From assembly GCA_963765575.1 (NCBI GenBank), contig CAVXWZ010000011.1:512001-576000 (forward strand): a DNA stretch of 64,000 bases, given 5' to 3'. A model generated the notes under the pieces. That model saw only the letters and a list, made by a program, of their open reading frames with translations, did not search any database and was not told the origin of the DNA. This document shows positions 31,875-41,408 of this stretch, in pieces. The translations under genes were made by a program, and so were the position numbers. Each line of letters starts with the position of its first letter. Positions within the stretch are counted from its first letter, which is position 1. Origin of the DNA: an uncultured cyanobacterium. GTDB taxonomy: Bacteria > Cyanobacteriota > Cyanobacteriia > PCC-6307 > Cyanobiaceae.

Positions 31875-33056
31875 TTGAATCCACCCCGGCGAGCGCCCGA
31901 TCCGCGCCCGCGGCAGTCCCTCCAACCCCAGCCCTCCGGCGCCTTTCCTGAAGGACCGGACTGGCTTCGCAGCCAGGTGCTGCTGCTGCTGGCCGCCACC
32001 GCCACCGCAGCCGTGCCCGGTATCTCTGCCGCCGGCGCCACCCCCGAGGCCCGACGGGCCACCGCCGCTGCCGATGCCGAGCTGCTGGTGTGGGGACCGG
32101 CCCGGGCACCCGTGCACGCCCTGCCACCCCTGCCGGCGGGGGTGAGCCCGGCCCTGATCAGCCACGTGGTGCTGGCCGAACTGGGACTGTTGCCCAGGCT
32201 CACGGTGGTGGATCTGGGCTGTGCCGTGGCCCCGGCGGTGCCCCATCTGCGCCTGGCGGCCGGCGAGGGGGCCGGGGCGGCGGCCTGCCTGAGCGGGGGG
32301 CGAGCCCTGGCACCGGCCCGGGTGCAGGCCCTGCTGCGGCGTGGTCGGTGCTGGGGGGAGCGGCTCGACCCGAGACAGCCCCTGGTGCTGGCCGAGTGCG
32401 TGCCGGGGGGCACGACCACGGCCCTGGCGGTGCTGCGCGGGCTGGGGCTGGCGGCCGACGGGCTGGTGAGCGGCAGCTTGCATCGCAGTGCCCACGAGCT
32501 CAAGACTGATCTGGTGAATCGGGGCCTGCTGGCCGCCGGCCTGCCGCCAGGCGGCGCCGCCCCCGAGGCCGTGCTGGCGGCGCTGGGCGATCCGATGCAG
32601 GCCCTGGCCGCCGGACTGATCCCGGCGGCGGCCGGGCGCGGTGTGCCGGTGCTGCTGGCCGGCGGCAGCCAGATGGCGGCGGTGCTGGCCCTGGCCCTCG
32701 ACCTGACGCCCCCGGGTCGGCGCCAGCAGCTGGCCCGCCACGTGATGCTGGCGACCACCGCCTGGGTGGTGGACGAGGACGGCAGCGATCTGGCCCGGCT
32801 GTTGGGGCTGATCGGCGAGCGCTGGCAGGTCGCCCCGCGTCTCGAGGTGGCAGCGCTGCGTTTCCATGGCTGCCGCAGCGCCCCCCTGCGCGACTACGAG
32901 CGCGGCTACGTCAAGGAAGGGGTGGGCGCCGGCGGCCTGGCCTGGTTGTGGCAGCGCTGCGGCCGGGATCCCGGCGATCTCGCCGATCTCTGCGATCGGG
33001 CCTGTGCCCAGCTCCTGGAGTGGCGCCGGCAGAGCGGCTCCGGAGCCTGTGCCTAG
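31875..33056 (+). CDS. cobT: Nicotinate-nucleotide--lower-base phosphoribosyltransferase (archaeal/cyanobacterial CobT type; start uncertain)
   Basis: PGISAAGA, TA.ADAE, SPALIS, ECVPGGTTTA, GDPMQ, LAGGSQM, YE.G.VKEGVGAGG. Confidence 0.88.
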   Translation: MNPPRRAPDPRPRQSLQPQPSGAFPEGPDWLRSQVLLLLAATATAAVPGISAAGATPEARRATAAADAELLVWGPARAPVHALPPLPAGVSPALISHVVLAELGLLPRLTVVDLGCAVAPAVPHLRLAAGEGAGAAACLSGGRALAPARVQALLRRGRCWGERLDPRQPLVLAECVPGGTTTALAVLRGLGLAADGLVSGSLHRSAHELKTDLVNRGLLAAGLPPGGAAPEAVLAALGDPMQALAAGLIPAAAGRGVPVLLAGGSQMAAVLALALDLTPPGRRQQLARHVMLATTAWVVDEDGSDLARLLGLIGERWQVAPRLEVAALRFHGCRSAPLRDYERGYVKEGVGAGGLAWLWQRCGRDPGDLADLCDRACAQLLEWRRQSGSGACA

Positions 33057-33066
33057 GGTCGGGCCC

Positions 33067-34128
33067 ATGAGCAGTAGCGCCCCCCGTCTGAGCCGCCGTG
33101 AGCTGCTGCGATTCGGGTTGGGCGGCAGCGCTCTGCTGGCCCTGCCCGTGGGCCTGGGCGGCTGCGATCGCCCGCCTGCTGCCGAACTGCTGCATGCCCC
33201 TGGCACCCTGCCCGCCGCCTGGCTGCGGCAGCTGCCCCGGGGCTGGCGGGCCCGGGAGCTGCCGCAGCCTGAGGCGATCGGCGACCGATTGCAGCCCGAT
33301 GCTGCTGCTGCCCCGTCACCCCAGGCCCCACCGGCTCTGGTGGGCCTGGCGGACGGCTGGGCCACGGCCCTGCCGCTGCGGAGCTGGCAGCCGTTGGAGG
33401 CCGAGGCGCTGCTGGAGGGGCTCGCCGCCTGGGCCCTGCCCACCGCCCGCCTGTTTGCGGCTGCGGACCAGCCGGCCCTGGCCTTCCCCTGGTCGTTCAG
33501 TCCCTGGGTGCTGGCACTGCGCTCGCGGCCGGCCCTGGCCCGGCGCGCCGCGGAGGGCTGGGATCTGCTCCTCGATCCCAGCCTCAAGGGCAAGCTCGTG
33601 TTGCCCTCCAGCCCTCGGGTGTGCATGGAGCTGGTGGGCGGTGATTTCGAGCGCATCCAGGCCCTGCGCCGCCAGCCCCTGGCCCATGACGACCGCAATG
33701 CCCTCAACCTGCTCCTGGCCGGCGGGGCGGAGGCGGCGGTGCTGCCGTTGCGACCGCTGATCCCGTTGCTGCGCCGCGACTCACGCCTGGCGGTGGTGTT
33801 GCCGGCGACGGGGGCGCCGCTGAACTGGCAGTTGCTGCTGCGCCCTGCGGCCACCGAACCGCCGCCGCCTGCTCGTGCGCCGATCGAGCCGTGGATGGGG
33901 CGGGTGCTGGAGCCCCCCTTGCTGGCCGATCTGCTCCTGGGCGGCTGGGTGCCGCCCCTGCCGCGTCCTCTGCTGGCGCCGCTGGTGGCCCGCTTCCCCG
34001 AGGCCATCGCCCGCCTGCTGCTGCCTCCCGAGGGCGTGCTGGAGCGCTGCTGGAGCCTGCCTGCCCTCAGCGAGCCGGAGCGCCTGGCCTTGCAGACCGT
34101 GTGGGACGCGGCTGCTCCACGGGTCTGA
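33067..34128 (+). CDS. Tat-exported lipoprotein, putative solute-binding protein
   Basis: SRRELL twin-arginine motif, LGGC lipobox, W..LLDP.L.GK segment typical of PotD-like solute-binding proteins. Confidence 0.68.
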   Translation: MSSSAPRLSRRELLRFGLGGSALLALPVGLGGCDRPPAAELLHAPGTLPAAWLRQLPRGWRARELPQPEAIGDRLQPDAAAAPSPQAPPALVGLADGWATALPLRSWQPLEAEALLEGLAAWALPTARLFAAADQPALAFPWSFSPWVLALRSRPALARRAAEGWDLLLDPSLKGKLVLPSSPRVCMELVGGDFERIQALRRQPLAHDDRNALNLLLAGGAEAAVLPLRPLIPLLRRDSRLAVVLPATGAPLNWQLLLRPAATEPPPPARAPIEPWMGRVLEPPLLADLLLGGWVPPLPRPLLAPLVARFPEAIARLLLPPEGVLERCWSLPALSEPERLALQTVWDAAAPRV

Positions 34129-35358
34129 TCAGCTCCACAGGCGCCGCCGCGGCGCCGCCGCCAGCCGCCGGTGGGTGTCGGCCAGCAAGTCAGGGATGGC
34201 CAGTTGGTGGGGGCAGCGGGGCAGGCAGTCGCCGCAGCTGCGGCAGGCTTCGGCGTTGAGCGCTTCCCACCAGTGGCCGGCGCGGCCGATGAGGTTGTAG
34301 CGCTCGCCGGCGAAGGCGGTCATGCCGTGCCCCAGCGCCAGGTTGCGCAGCCGCAGCAGCTCCGGAATCGGCACGGCATTGGGACAGGGCAGGCAAGCGC
34401 GGCACTGGCCGCAGCGCTCCACCCCCAGGCGCCCGCGGCCCGCCGCCGTCAGGCGCTCGAGGGCACGGCGCTGTGGACGGCTCAGCCAGGAGCCCGTCGG
34501 GCTGGTCTGGCCGCACCCCCCACTGCTGGCCGCGGGCCCGGCGAGGGCGGCGGCCCAGGCCAGATCGCCAGGCTGCTCGGCCCCCAGGCTGAGGGTGGAG
34601 ATCCCCTGGTCGAGCAGAAAGCGGTAGGCGAGCTCCAGGGGCTGGAATGGCGCGCAGTCGGCCACCAGCTCCGGCGGCGGGTCGTAGAGGCGGCCTCCCT
34701 TGTCGGCCGGCGAGATGGCCAGCACGCCGATGCCCGCGGCCAAGGCGCTGCGGGCGAGCGGCAGGCGGCTTTGGTCGAACAGGTGCAGGTGCAGGCTGCA
34801 GAAGCTGAACCGGCCCGTGGCCAGGGCCTGCTCGATCAGGACGTTGCTGCCGTGGCTGGAGAAGCCCAGCTGGCCCACCAGCCCCTCGCCGAGTGCCCAG
34901 GCCAGCAGGTCGGCGCCCGCCCCCCGGGTGGCCCAGCGCAGGTGCTCGGGGCGGTTGAGCCCATGCACGGCCAGGTTGTCCAGACGTTCGACCCCCAGCC
35001 GCTTGAGGATCGCCCGCAGCTGCTGGCGCCCGGCAGCCGGCTCCAGGCCCGGCAGCAGCTTGCTGGTGAGGCGCCAGCCGCCCGCCGGTGCCAGCCCCTC
35101 GGCGGCCAGGTTGGCCAGGGCCAGGCCCAGGAAGCGTTCCGCCGGGCCATAGGCCGGCGCGGTCTCCAGGTGGTTGATGCCAGCCGCCAGGGCGGCCCGC
35201 AGCACCGCCTCCATCTGGGCCGGGCTGGCCAGGGCCCGCATGGTGCCCAGGGTGAACACCGAGACCCCCGCCCCGGCGCCGAAGGGGCGCTGGATGGCCG
35301 CGGGCGGTGGGCCGGCCTGTCCGATTGCTTCAGACCGGGCTGGTGCCGGGATTGTCAT
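34129..35358 (-). CDS. Aldo/keto reductase with C-terminal 4Fe-4S dicluster
   Basis: LGTMR, HLETAPAYG.AE, GFSSHG; C-terminal CGQCRACLPCP and CRSCGDCLPRCP. Confidence 0.88.
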   Translation of the reverse strand: MTIPAPARSEAIGQAGPPPAAIQRPFGAGAGVSVFTLGTMRALASPAQMEAVLRAALAAGINHLETAPAYGPAERFLGLALANLAAEGLAPAGGWRLTSKLLPGLEPAAGRQQLRAILKRLGVERLDNLAVHGLNRPEHLRWATRGAGADLLAWALGEGLVGQLGFSSHGSNVLIEQALATGRFSFCSLHLHLFDQSRLPLARSALAAGIGVLAISPADKGGRLYDPPPELVADCAPFQPLELAYRFLLDQGISTLSLGAEQPGDLAWAAALAGPAASSGGCGQTSPTGSWLSRPQRRALERLTAAGRGRLGVERCGQCRACLPCPNAVPIPELLRLRNLALGHGMTAFAGERYNLIGRAGHWWEALNAEACRSCGDCLPRCPHQLAIPDLLADTHRRLAAAPRRRLWS

Positions 35359-35947
35359 CGCTGGGGTCGCCTGATTCCTCGTTGCCCGGTTCCGCCTCGC
35401 CGGCGGCGTCGCCGCCCGCTTCCGGCTCGGGCTGGGCCTGGCTGAGGTGGCGCACCAGCTCGGCGGGGCTCACCGAGTCGAGGAAGCGGCGGAACTCACT
35501 GCTGTCCTCGGCGTCGGCTTCGGCATCCACGGGGATCGAGGCATCGGCCACCACCTCCTCCAGCATCCAGATGCCGCTGCCGGTGCGCACCGCCAGGGCA
35601 ATCGAGTCACTGGGGCGGGCGTCCACCTCCAGCGGCGCTTCCTGGCCTTCGCCCTCCGCCTCGCCCTGGCGGCTGAGTCTGAGCACGGCGCGGAAGGTGT
35701 TGTCCTCAATGGCGTGGATGATCACCCGCTCCAGCTGCAGCCCCCCCGCCCTCAGCAACGACACCATCAGGTCGTGGCTGAGGGGCCTGGGGGGCGGCTC
35801 ATCGGCCACGCCGGCCAGGATGTTCTGGGCCTGGGCCTGGTCGATCCAGATCGGCACCTGGCGGCGGCCCGAGGGATCGCGCAGCAGCACGATCGGACTG
35901 CGGCTGGCCGCATCCAGGGCGATGCCGGCGACGCGCATTTCCACCAT
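35330..35947 (-). CDS. Bifunctional nuclease family protein (DUF151)
   Basis: PIVLL, PIWI, PRPLSHDL, DARPSDSIALA. Confidence 0.88.
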   Translation of the reverse strand: MVEMRVAGIALDAASRSPIVLLRDPSGRRQVPIWIDQAQAQNILAGVADEPPPRPLSHDLMVSLLRAGGLQLERVIIHAIEDNTFRAVLRLSRQGEAEGEGQEAPLEVDARPSDSIALAVRTGSGIWMLEEVVADASIPVDAEADAEDSSEFRRFLDSVSPAELVRHLSQAQPEPEAGGDAAGEAEPGNEESGDPSDDNPGTSPV

Positions 35948-35997
35948 GGCCCGGCTCCCCCTCTGATCGATTATGACCACTGGGCTGGTTGGCAACG

Positions 35998-36681
35998 ATG
36001 TTCACCGGACTGGTGCGGGCCACGGGCGTGATCGAACGGTCGGGCGGTGGCGTGCGGCTGCGCTGGAGCCCGGCTGCGGACCAGTGGGCTCCCGCCCAGC
36101 TGGCCCTGGGTGAGAGCGTGGCTGTGGATGGGGTCTGCCTGACGGTGGCGGAGCGTCTGGCCGATGGTTTCCGCGCCGATGTCAGCGAGGAGACCCTGGG
36201 GCGCAGCACCCTGGCCGGCAAGGCCGATCGCCGCGCCGCCGTGAACCTGGAGCCGGCCCTGCGCCTGGTGGACCGCCTGGGCGGCCATCTGGTGAGTGGC
36301 CATGTCGATGGCCTCGGCTGGGTGCAGGCGATCGAGGCCAGGCAGGGCTCCTGGCACCTGGAGATTCGTTGGCACGACCCGGCCTACGGCCGCTACGTGT
36401 GCGAGAAGGCCAGCGTGGCGGTGGATGGCGTCAGCCTCACCGTGGCCGGCAGCGGCGAGGCTGGTGGCTGGTTCTGGATCGCCGTGATCCCCCACACCTG
36501 GACCGGCACCACCCTGCAGTGGCTGCGGCCGGGCGATGCGGTGAATCTGGAAGCCGACCTGCTGGCGAAATACACCGAGAGCCTGCTGCAGGCCCGCCTG
36601 GATGGCCCATCGGCTGCCGCCGCCAGCGGCGGGCCGGCCCTCGATCGGGCCTGGCTGGCTGAGCACGGCTGGGGAGCCTAG
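35998..36681 (+). CDS. ribE: Riboflavin synthase alpha chain
   Basis: MFTGLV, SVAVDGVCLTV, VNLEPAL, GGHLVSGHVDG, IPHT, VNLE.D. Confidence 0.96.
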   Translation: MFTGLVRATGVIERSGGGVRLRWSPAADQWAPAQLALGESVAVDGVCLTVAERLADGFRADVSEETLGRSTLAGKADRRAAVNLEPALRLVDRLGGHLVSGHVDGLGWVQAIEARQGSWHLEIRWHDPAYGRYVCEKASVAVDGVSLTVAGSGEAGGWFWIAVIPHTWTGTTLQWLRPGDAVNLEADLLAKYTESLLQARLDGPSAAAASGGPALDRAWLAEHGWGA

Positions 36682-36707
36682 TTTCGGTTTCAGCCCTCCC
36701 TGAGCCG

Positions 36708-37361
36708 ATGACCCGAGCTTCCCGACTGCGCTTAGGGGGGCAGCTGCGCGCCTTCACCCTCTTCGAAGGGGTGCTGATGCTGGTGCTGGGGGTGCTGGCG
36801 CTGCTCTTCCCGGTGCTGGCTTCGGTGTGGGCCACGGCAGCGGTGGCCGTGGCCTTCCTGGTGGGCGGCCTCGTGGGCTGGATCGACAACCTGATGCGGG
36901 CCCGCATGCTCAACCGCTGGCTCAGCTTCTGGCGGCTGGTGGTCTCCACCCTGTTTCTGGTGGCCGGGTTCACGATCATTCAGCAGCTGGGCTCGGGCCT
37001 GGCCGCCGCCGCCGCCTCGGTGGCCACCCTGGCGCTGGCGATCGGCCTGGTGTTCCTGGTGGAGGGGGCCGTGGCCGTTGGCGTGTCCCTCTCCCACCGG
37101 CGCATCCGGGGCTGGGGCTGGGGGCTGCTCAACGGCCTGGTGACCCTGGTGCTGGGGGTTGTGATCCTGACCATGGCCAAGCCCTCCCTGCTGGGCGTGA
37201 TCGGCGTGCTGGTGGGGGTGAGCTTCCTGTTCAGCGGCATCGATCTGCTCACCTTCAGCGCCAGCTTCCACGACGACGATGGGCTTGAGGACGGCGACCC
37301 AGCGGCAGAGCTGGACCCTGGGGCAGGGCCTGCCCCCGCCCCAGGCAAGGACCTGGTCTGA
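36708..37361 (-). other. No supported feature on the minus strand (shadow ORFs only); see + strand CDS
   Basis: Antisense ORFs 36732-37271 and 36980-37348 mirror the + strand membrane protein and lack motifs. Confidence 0.1.
36708..37361 (+). CDS. HdeD/DUF308 family membrane protein
   Basis: Six TM segments, G.LALLFP, GWGW.L..G, G...G..FL.SG pattern. Confidence 0.8.
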   Translation: MTRASRLRLGGQLRAFTLFEGVLMLVLGVLALLFPVLASVWATAAVAVAFLVGGLVGWIDNLMRARMLNRWLSFWRLVVSTLFLVAGFTIIQQLGSGLAAAAASVATLALAIGLVFLVEGAVAVGVSLSHRRIRGWGWGLLNGLVTLVLGVVILTMAKPSLLGVIGVLVGVSFLFSGIDLLTFSASFHDDDGLEDGDPAAELDPGAGPAPAPGKDLV

Positions 37362-37368
37362 TCGCCCT

Positions 37369-37827
37369 TCAGGCGTCGGCCTCGCCAGCTTCGCCGCCGC
37401 TGACCGTGCCCGCTTCGGTTTGCCCGTCCCGGCCGTCCGTCTCCACCCGCGTGAGCCAGATGGCGCCGGTGTCGGGGTGCAGGTCGATGCGGAACTCCTG
37501 GCCAGGTTCGAGCCCCAACTGGCGGGTGTAGGCGTTGCCGATCAGGAGATTGCCGTTGCCGTGAACGCGGGTGCGGAATTCGGCCTGCCGCCCCCGGGTG
37601 CCGGCTGGGCTGCTCGCCGCCGCCCCGGTGTGGGCGGGCAGGGCGTAGCCCTTGGCGGCCACCAGGGCCCTGTAGAAGCTCTTGCGCAGCACCCGGCCGC
37701 TGGGCCCCACGTAGCCGCAGGCGCGGGCGATCTGATCTTCCGGCCGGTTGCTCAGGGCTCGGGCCCGATCCAGCAGGGCCTTGCCCTCAAGCATTTCGTC
37801 CTGACCGTGGCCGCTGCCTGACGCCAT
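37369..37827 (-). CDS. Cyanobacterial AbrB-like transcriptional regulator
   Basis: L.G..LL, A..CGY, FY.AL..AKG, V..NGNLLIG.AYT...GL.PG.EF.I. Confidence 0.85.
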   Translation of the reverse strand: MASGSGHGQDEMLEGKALLDRARALSNRPEDQIARACGYVGPSGRVLRKSFYRALVAAKGYALPAHTGAAASSPAGTRGRQAEFRTRVHGNGNLLIGNAYTRQLGLEPGQEFRIDLHPDTGAIWLTRVETDGRDGQTEAGTVSGGEAGEADA

Positions 37828-37930
37828 GGCTGTGATTCCTACTCCCATCTGCCTGGCTGAATTGTGCCCAACGCCTCTGTCGATCGCCAACATGAGCGCC
37901 TGGGGCCTGCCTTGGCTTGAGCGGTCTCAT

Positions 37931-37980
37931 CAGAGCGACCCGTCCAGAGCGACCCGTTCAGAGCAGCCCGTTCAGAGCAG
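37931..37980. repeat. Degenerate 14-bp tandem repeat (~3.5 copies) overlapping ctaE stop
   Basis: CAGAGCGACCCGTC CAGAGCGACCCGTT CAGAGCAGCCCGTT CAGAGCAG. Confidence 0.8.
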
Positions 37981-38583
37981 ATAGAGCAGGGCATAGAGCA
38001 CCACCCAGATTCCATCCACGAAGTGCCAGTACAGCTCGGCCGCCTCCAGTCCGAAGGGGGTGCTGGAGCTGATCGCTCCACCCCGGCGGGATTGCAGCGC
38101 CACAACGGCGATGCAGATCACTCCCAGGGTCACGTGCAGGCCGTGGAACCCAGTGAGGGCATAGAAGGTGCTGGCGAACAGGTTGTCGGTGAGTCCGAAG
38201 GGCAGGCTGAAGTACTCCACCATCTGTCCAGCCAGAAAGGCCACGCCCAGGAAGGCGGTGAGCAGCAACCAGTTGCGGGAGGCAACCGGACGGTCGGCCA
38301 GGCATTCCCGGCCCGCCCTGTGGAACGTGAGGCTGCTCACCAGCAGCAGCACCGTGTTGATGCTGGGCAGGATCAGTTCCAGCTCGTAGGTGCTGCCCTC
38401 GGGCAGGGGGTTGACGGCCCGGAAGGTGAGGTAGGCGGCGAAGAAGCCGGCGAAGGTCATGCCGTCCGCCACCAGGAAGGTGGCCAGGCCAAACAGCCGC
38501 GCATCGTGATGGGCTTCGCTGGCGTGGGCCTGGTCCTGCAGCTCGGCAGGCTGGGCGCCGGTGGCTGGGGTGGTGGCTGTCAT
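37972..38583 (-). CDS. ctaE: Cytochrome c oxidase subunit III
   Basis: NT..L..SS, FY.LTGFHGLHV, YWHFVD.IW. Confidence 0.95.
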   Translation of the reverse strand: MTATTPATGAQPAELQDQAHASEAHHDARLFGLATFLVADGMTFAGFFAAYLTFRAVNPLPEGSTYELELILPSINTVLLLVSSLTFHRAGRECLADRPVASRNWLLLTAFLGVAFLAGQMVEYFSLPFGLTDNLFASTFYALTGFHGLHVTLGVICIAVVALQSRRGGAISSSTPFGLEAAELYWHFVDGIWVVLYALLYLL

Positions 38584-40223
38584 CGGGCCGGCTCCAGGGG
38601 GGTGTCAGCGGTCTTGACGGGCGTGCCGTAGCCGTAGGGCTCGGTGACCAGGGGGGCTTCGCCGATCCAGTTCTCCACCGGGGGGGGCGAGCTGGTGAGC
38701 CATTCCGGGGTCAGGGCATTCCAGGGATTGTCGCCCGCCACCTCGCCACGGAATGCCGTGATCACGACATTGAGCAGCAACGGCAGGGTGCTGATCGCCA
38801 TGATCAGAGCCCCCACACTGCTCAGCTGGTTGAGGGTTGTGAAGGTGGGGTCGTATTCGGCCACGCGGCGAGGCATGCCATTGAGGCCCAGCCAGTGCTG
38901 CGGCAGGAAGCAGAGGGTGAAGCCGATGAAGGTGAGCACAAAGTGCAGCCGGCCCAGGTCTTCGTTGAGCATCCGACCGCTGAACTTTGGATACCAGTGG
39001 TAGATCGACGCGAAGATCACGAAGACCGTACCGCCGTAGACGATGTAATGGAAGTGACCCACCACGTAGTAGGTGTCATGCACGTGAATGTCAAAGGGCA
39101 CCTGGGCCAGGGTGATGCCGGTGATGCCGCCAAGCACGAAGTTGAGGATGAAGCCGCAGGAAAACAGCATCGCTGAATTCAAGGCGATCTTGCCACCCCA
39201 GAGCGTGGCCAGCCAATTGAAGAACTTGATTCCCGTGGGCACGGCGATAAAGGAAGTGGCGATCGTGAAAAACAGCCGCATCCAGGGGGGCGTTCCACTG
39301 GTGAACATGTGGTGAGCCCAGACGATCAACCCCAGAAAAACAATCGCCATGATCGAATACACCATGGTGGTGTAACCGAACAACGGCTTGCGTGCATGCA
39401 CCGGCAGGATCTCACTGACGAGCCCAAATGCCGGCAGCACCATGATGTAAACGGCTGGATGTGAATAGAACCAAAAGAGGTGCTGATACACAACCACATT
39501 GCCGCCCATGGCCGGATTGAAGAAGCCGGTGTGGGCAATGATGTCAAAGCTCAGCAGGATCAACACCCCCGCCAGCACCGGCGTTGACAGCACCACCAAC
39601 AGACTGGTGCCGAGCATGGCCCAGCAATACATCGGCAGCTGCATCAGCTTCAGCCCCGGCCGCCGCAGCTTCAGCACGGTGGCGATGAAATTCACGGCCC
39701 CGAAGATTGAGCTGCCGCCCAACAGCAGCACACTCAGGATCCACACGACTTGCCCCGCTGCTGGCGTTGTGAGGCTGAGGGGCGGGTAGGCGGTCCAGCC
39801 GGATTGGGAGGCGGCACCGGCGAGAAAATAGCTGCTGATCAGCAACAGACCCGCTGGCGGGATCATCCAGAAGGCAACCGCATTCAAGCGTGGGAAGGCC
39901 ATGTCTCGTGCCCCCACGTAGAAGGGGATGAGATAATTTCCAAATCCCCCATTAACCACCGGCACGATCCAAAGGAAGATCATTATGGTGCCGTGCAGTG
40001 TGAGCACCTCGTTGTAGGTATCGCGACTCACGAAGTCGGAGATCGGACTGACCAGTTCTGTGCGGATCACACCGGCGAGGGCGCCACCGACGAGATAGAA
40101 GAAAAAGCCGCACACCAGATACTGGAGGCCGATCACCTTGTGATCGAGGCTGAAGCTCAAAAAGCGCATCCAGCCCGTGGGCTGCAGTCCGGGGCGCAGG
40201 GAGCTGGGGTCGGCAAGGGTCAT
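38580..40223 (-). CDS. ctaD: Cytochrome c oxidase subunit I
   Basis: DHKVIG, TLHGT, DMAFPRLN, FWFYSHPAVY, WAHHMF, HDTYYVVGHFHY, GMPRR. Confidence 0.97.
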   Translation of the reverse strand: MTLADPSSLRPGLQPTGWMRFLSFSLDHKVIGLQYLVCGFFFYLVGGALAGVIRTELVSPISDFVSRDTYNEVLTLHGTIMIFLWIVPVVNGGFGNYLIPFYVGARDMAFPRLNAVAFWMIPPAGLLLISSYFLAGAASQSGWTAYPPLSLTTPAAGQVVWILSVLLLGGSSIFGAVNFIATVLKLRRPGLKLMQLPMYCWAMLGTSLLVVLSTPVLAGVLILLSFDIIAHTGFFNPAMGGNVVVYQHLFWFYSHPAVYIMVLPAFGLVSEILPVHARKPLFGYTTMVYSIMAIVFLGLIVWAHHMFTSGTPPWMRLFFTIATSFIAVPTGIKFFNWLATLWGGKIALNSAMLFSCGFILNFVLGGITGITLAQVPFDIHVHDTYYVVGHFHYIVYGGTVFVIFASIYHWYPKFSGRMLNEDLGRLHFVLTFIGFTLCFLPQHWLGLNGMPRRVAEYDPTFTTLNQLSSVGALIMAISTLPLLLNVVITAFRGEVAGDNPWNALTPEWLTSSPPPVENWIGEAPLVTEPYGYGTPVKTADTPLEPAR

Positions 40224-40245
40224 CGGAAAGGCTGAAACAGCAGGC

Positions 40246-41136
40246 TCAGGTGGTGGTGGCCGGTGCGTTCTGGTTGAACCAGGCTTGAAAGTCATCCGCC
40301 TCATGGACAACCACCGACGTGCGCATGCCGCCGTGGTAAGCGCCGCAGAGCTCGGCGCAGATCACCGGGTAGGTGCCCGGGCGGGTGGCGGTGAAGGAGA
40401 GCAGGGTGGGCTGGCCGGGAATCACATCCTGCTTGAGGCGGAACTGGGGCACCCAGAAGGCGTGGATCACATCGCGGGCCTCCATGCGCAGTTGCACGGG
40501 CTGGCCGACCGGCACATGCAGCTCACCACTGGTGATGTCACCGTCTGGGTAGTGGAAGATGAAGGCGAATTGCATGGCCGTGACCTCGACCGGCATGGCG
40601 GCCATGGCAACGCCGGCGCTGCCGATCCCGCCCCAGACCCGCTCGGCCGGCGCGTCCTGGGAGACCTCCATCAGGGAGGAGTCGGTTGTGCTGTTGGCCA
40701 TGCTCCCTTGGCTCATGGCCGCATTAGTCATGGCGCCGTGATCCATGGCGCTGTGATCCATGGCGCCGTGATCGAGGCTGGCCATCCCACCCATGCGCTC
40801 ATAGATGTCGTAGCTGTAGATGCCAACGAACAGGATCACGATGGCGGGGATCGCCGTCCAGACGATCTCCAGCGGCAGGTTGCCTTCGATGGCCGGGCCG
40901 TCGGCCACTTCCCCCGGGCGGCGGCGGAAGCGCACCAGGCTGTAGACCAAAACGATCAGGATGCCCAGAAACAGGGTGGTGCCGATGCTGAACAGCACCT
41001 GGAAGAGGCTGTCGTAGGGGGGAGCGTTGGTGCTGGCATCCACTGGCAGCAGGTTCACCCCACGACCCACCAGCAGGCCGGTGACCGAGAGGCCGGTGGC
41101 GGCGAGGGCCGCTGTGATGGCGGTGCGAATCTGCAC
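40246..41136 (-). CDS. ctaC: Cytochrome c oxidase subunit II with His/Met-rich insert
   Basis: LEIVWTAIP, DVIHAFW, CAELCGAYHGGM CuA motif. Confidence 0.96.
   Translation of the reverse strand: MQIRTAITAALAATGLSVTGLLVGRGVNLLPVDASTNAPPYDSLFQVLFSIGTTLFLGILIVLVYSLVRFRRRPGEVADGPAIEGNLPLEIVWTAIPAIVILFVGIYSYDIYERMGGMASLDHGAMDHSAMDHGAMTNAAMSQGSMANSTTDSSLMEVSQDAPAERVWGGIGSAGVAMAAMPVEVTAMQFAFIFHYPDGDITSGELHVPVGQPVQLRMEARDVIHAFWVPQFRLKQDVIPGQPTLLSFTATRPGTYPVICAELCGAYHGGMRTSVVVHEADDFQAWFNQNAPATTT
40729..40773. repeat. 15-bp tandem repeat x3 encoding DH(G/S)AM in CtaC
   Basis: CATGGCGCCGTGATC / CATGGCGCTGTGATC / CATGGCGCCGTGATC. Confidence 0.9.
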
Positions 41137-41408
41137 TGGCAGTCCTTGGTCAGGGTGAAGCTATCCGGAGTGTCGCCAGGGCGCGAAGGGTTGGCCGCCA
41201 GCGGCGATGAAAGCGACGCTTTGTCACATCGACGGCTCCTCCTTCAGGCCGGGGTTGAACCATCAGACGATTCTTCATCCATCGAACCCTGAGATCGGGC
41301 TTCGGGGTTGGGCGGTGCCGGCCCATGTGGCGAAACCAAGATGGCTGCCGATCCCCATCCTTGCGCTTCTGAACCCCTGGCTACCTTGACTCGACCATTC
41401 GGGGTGCC

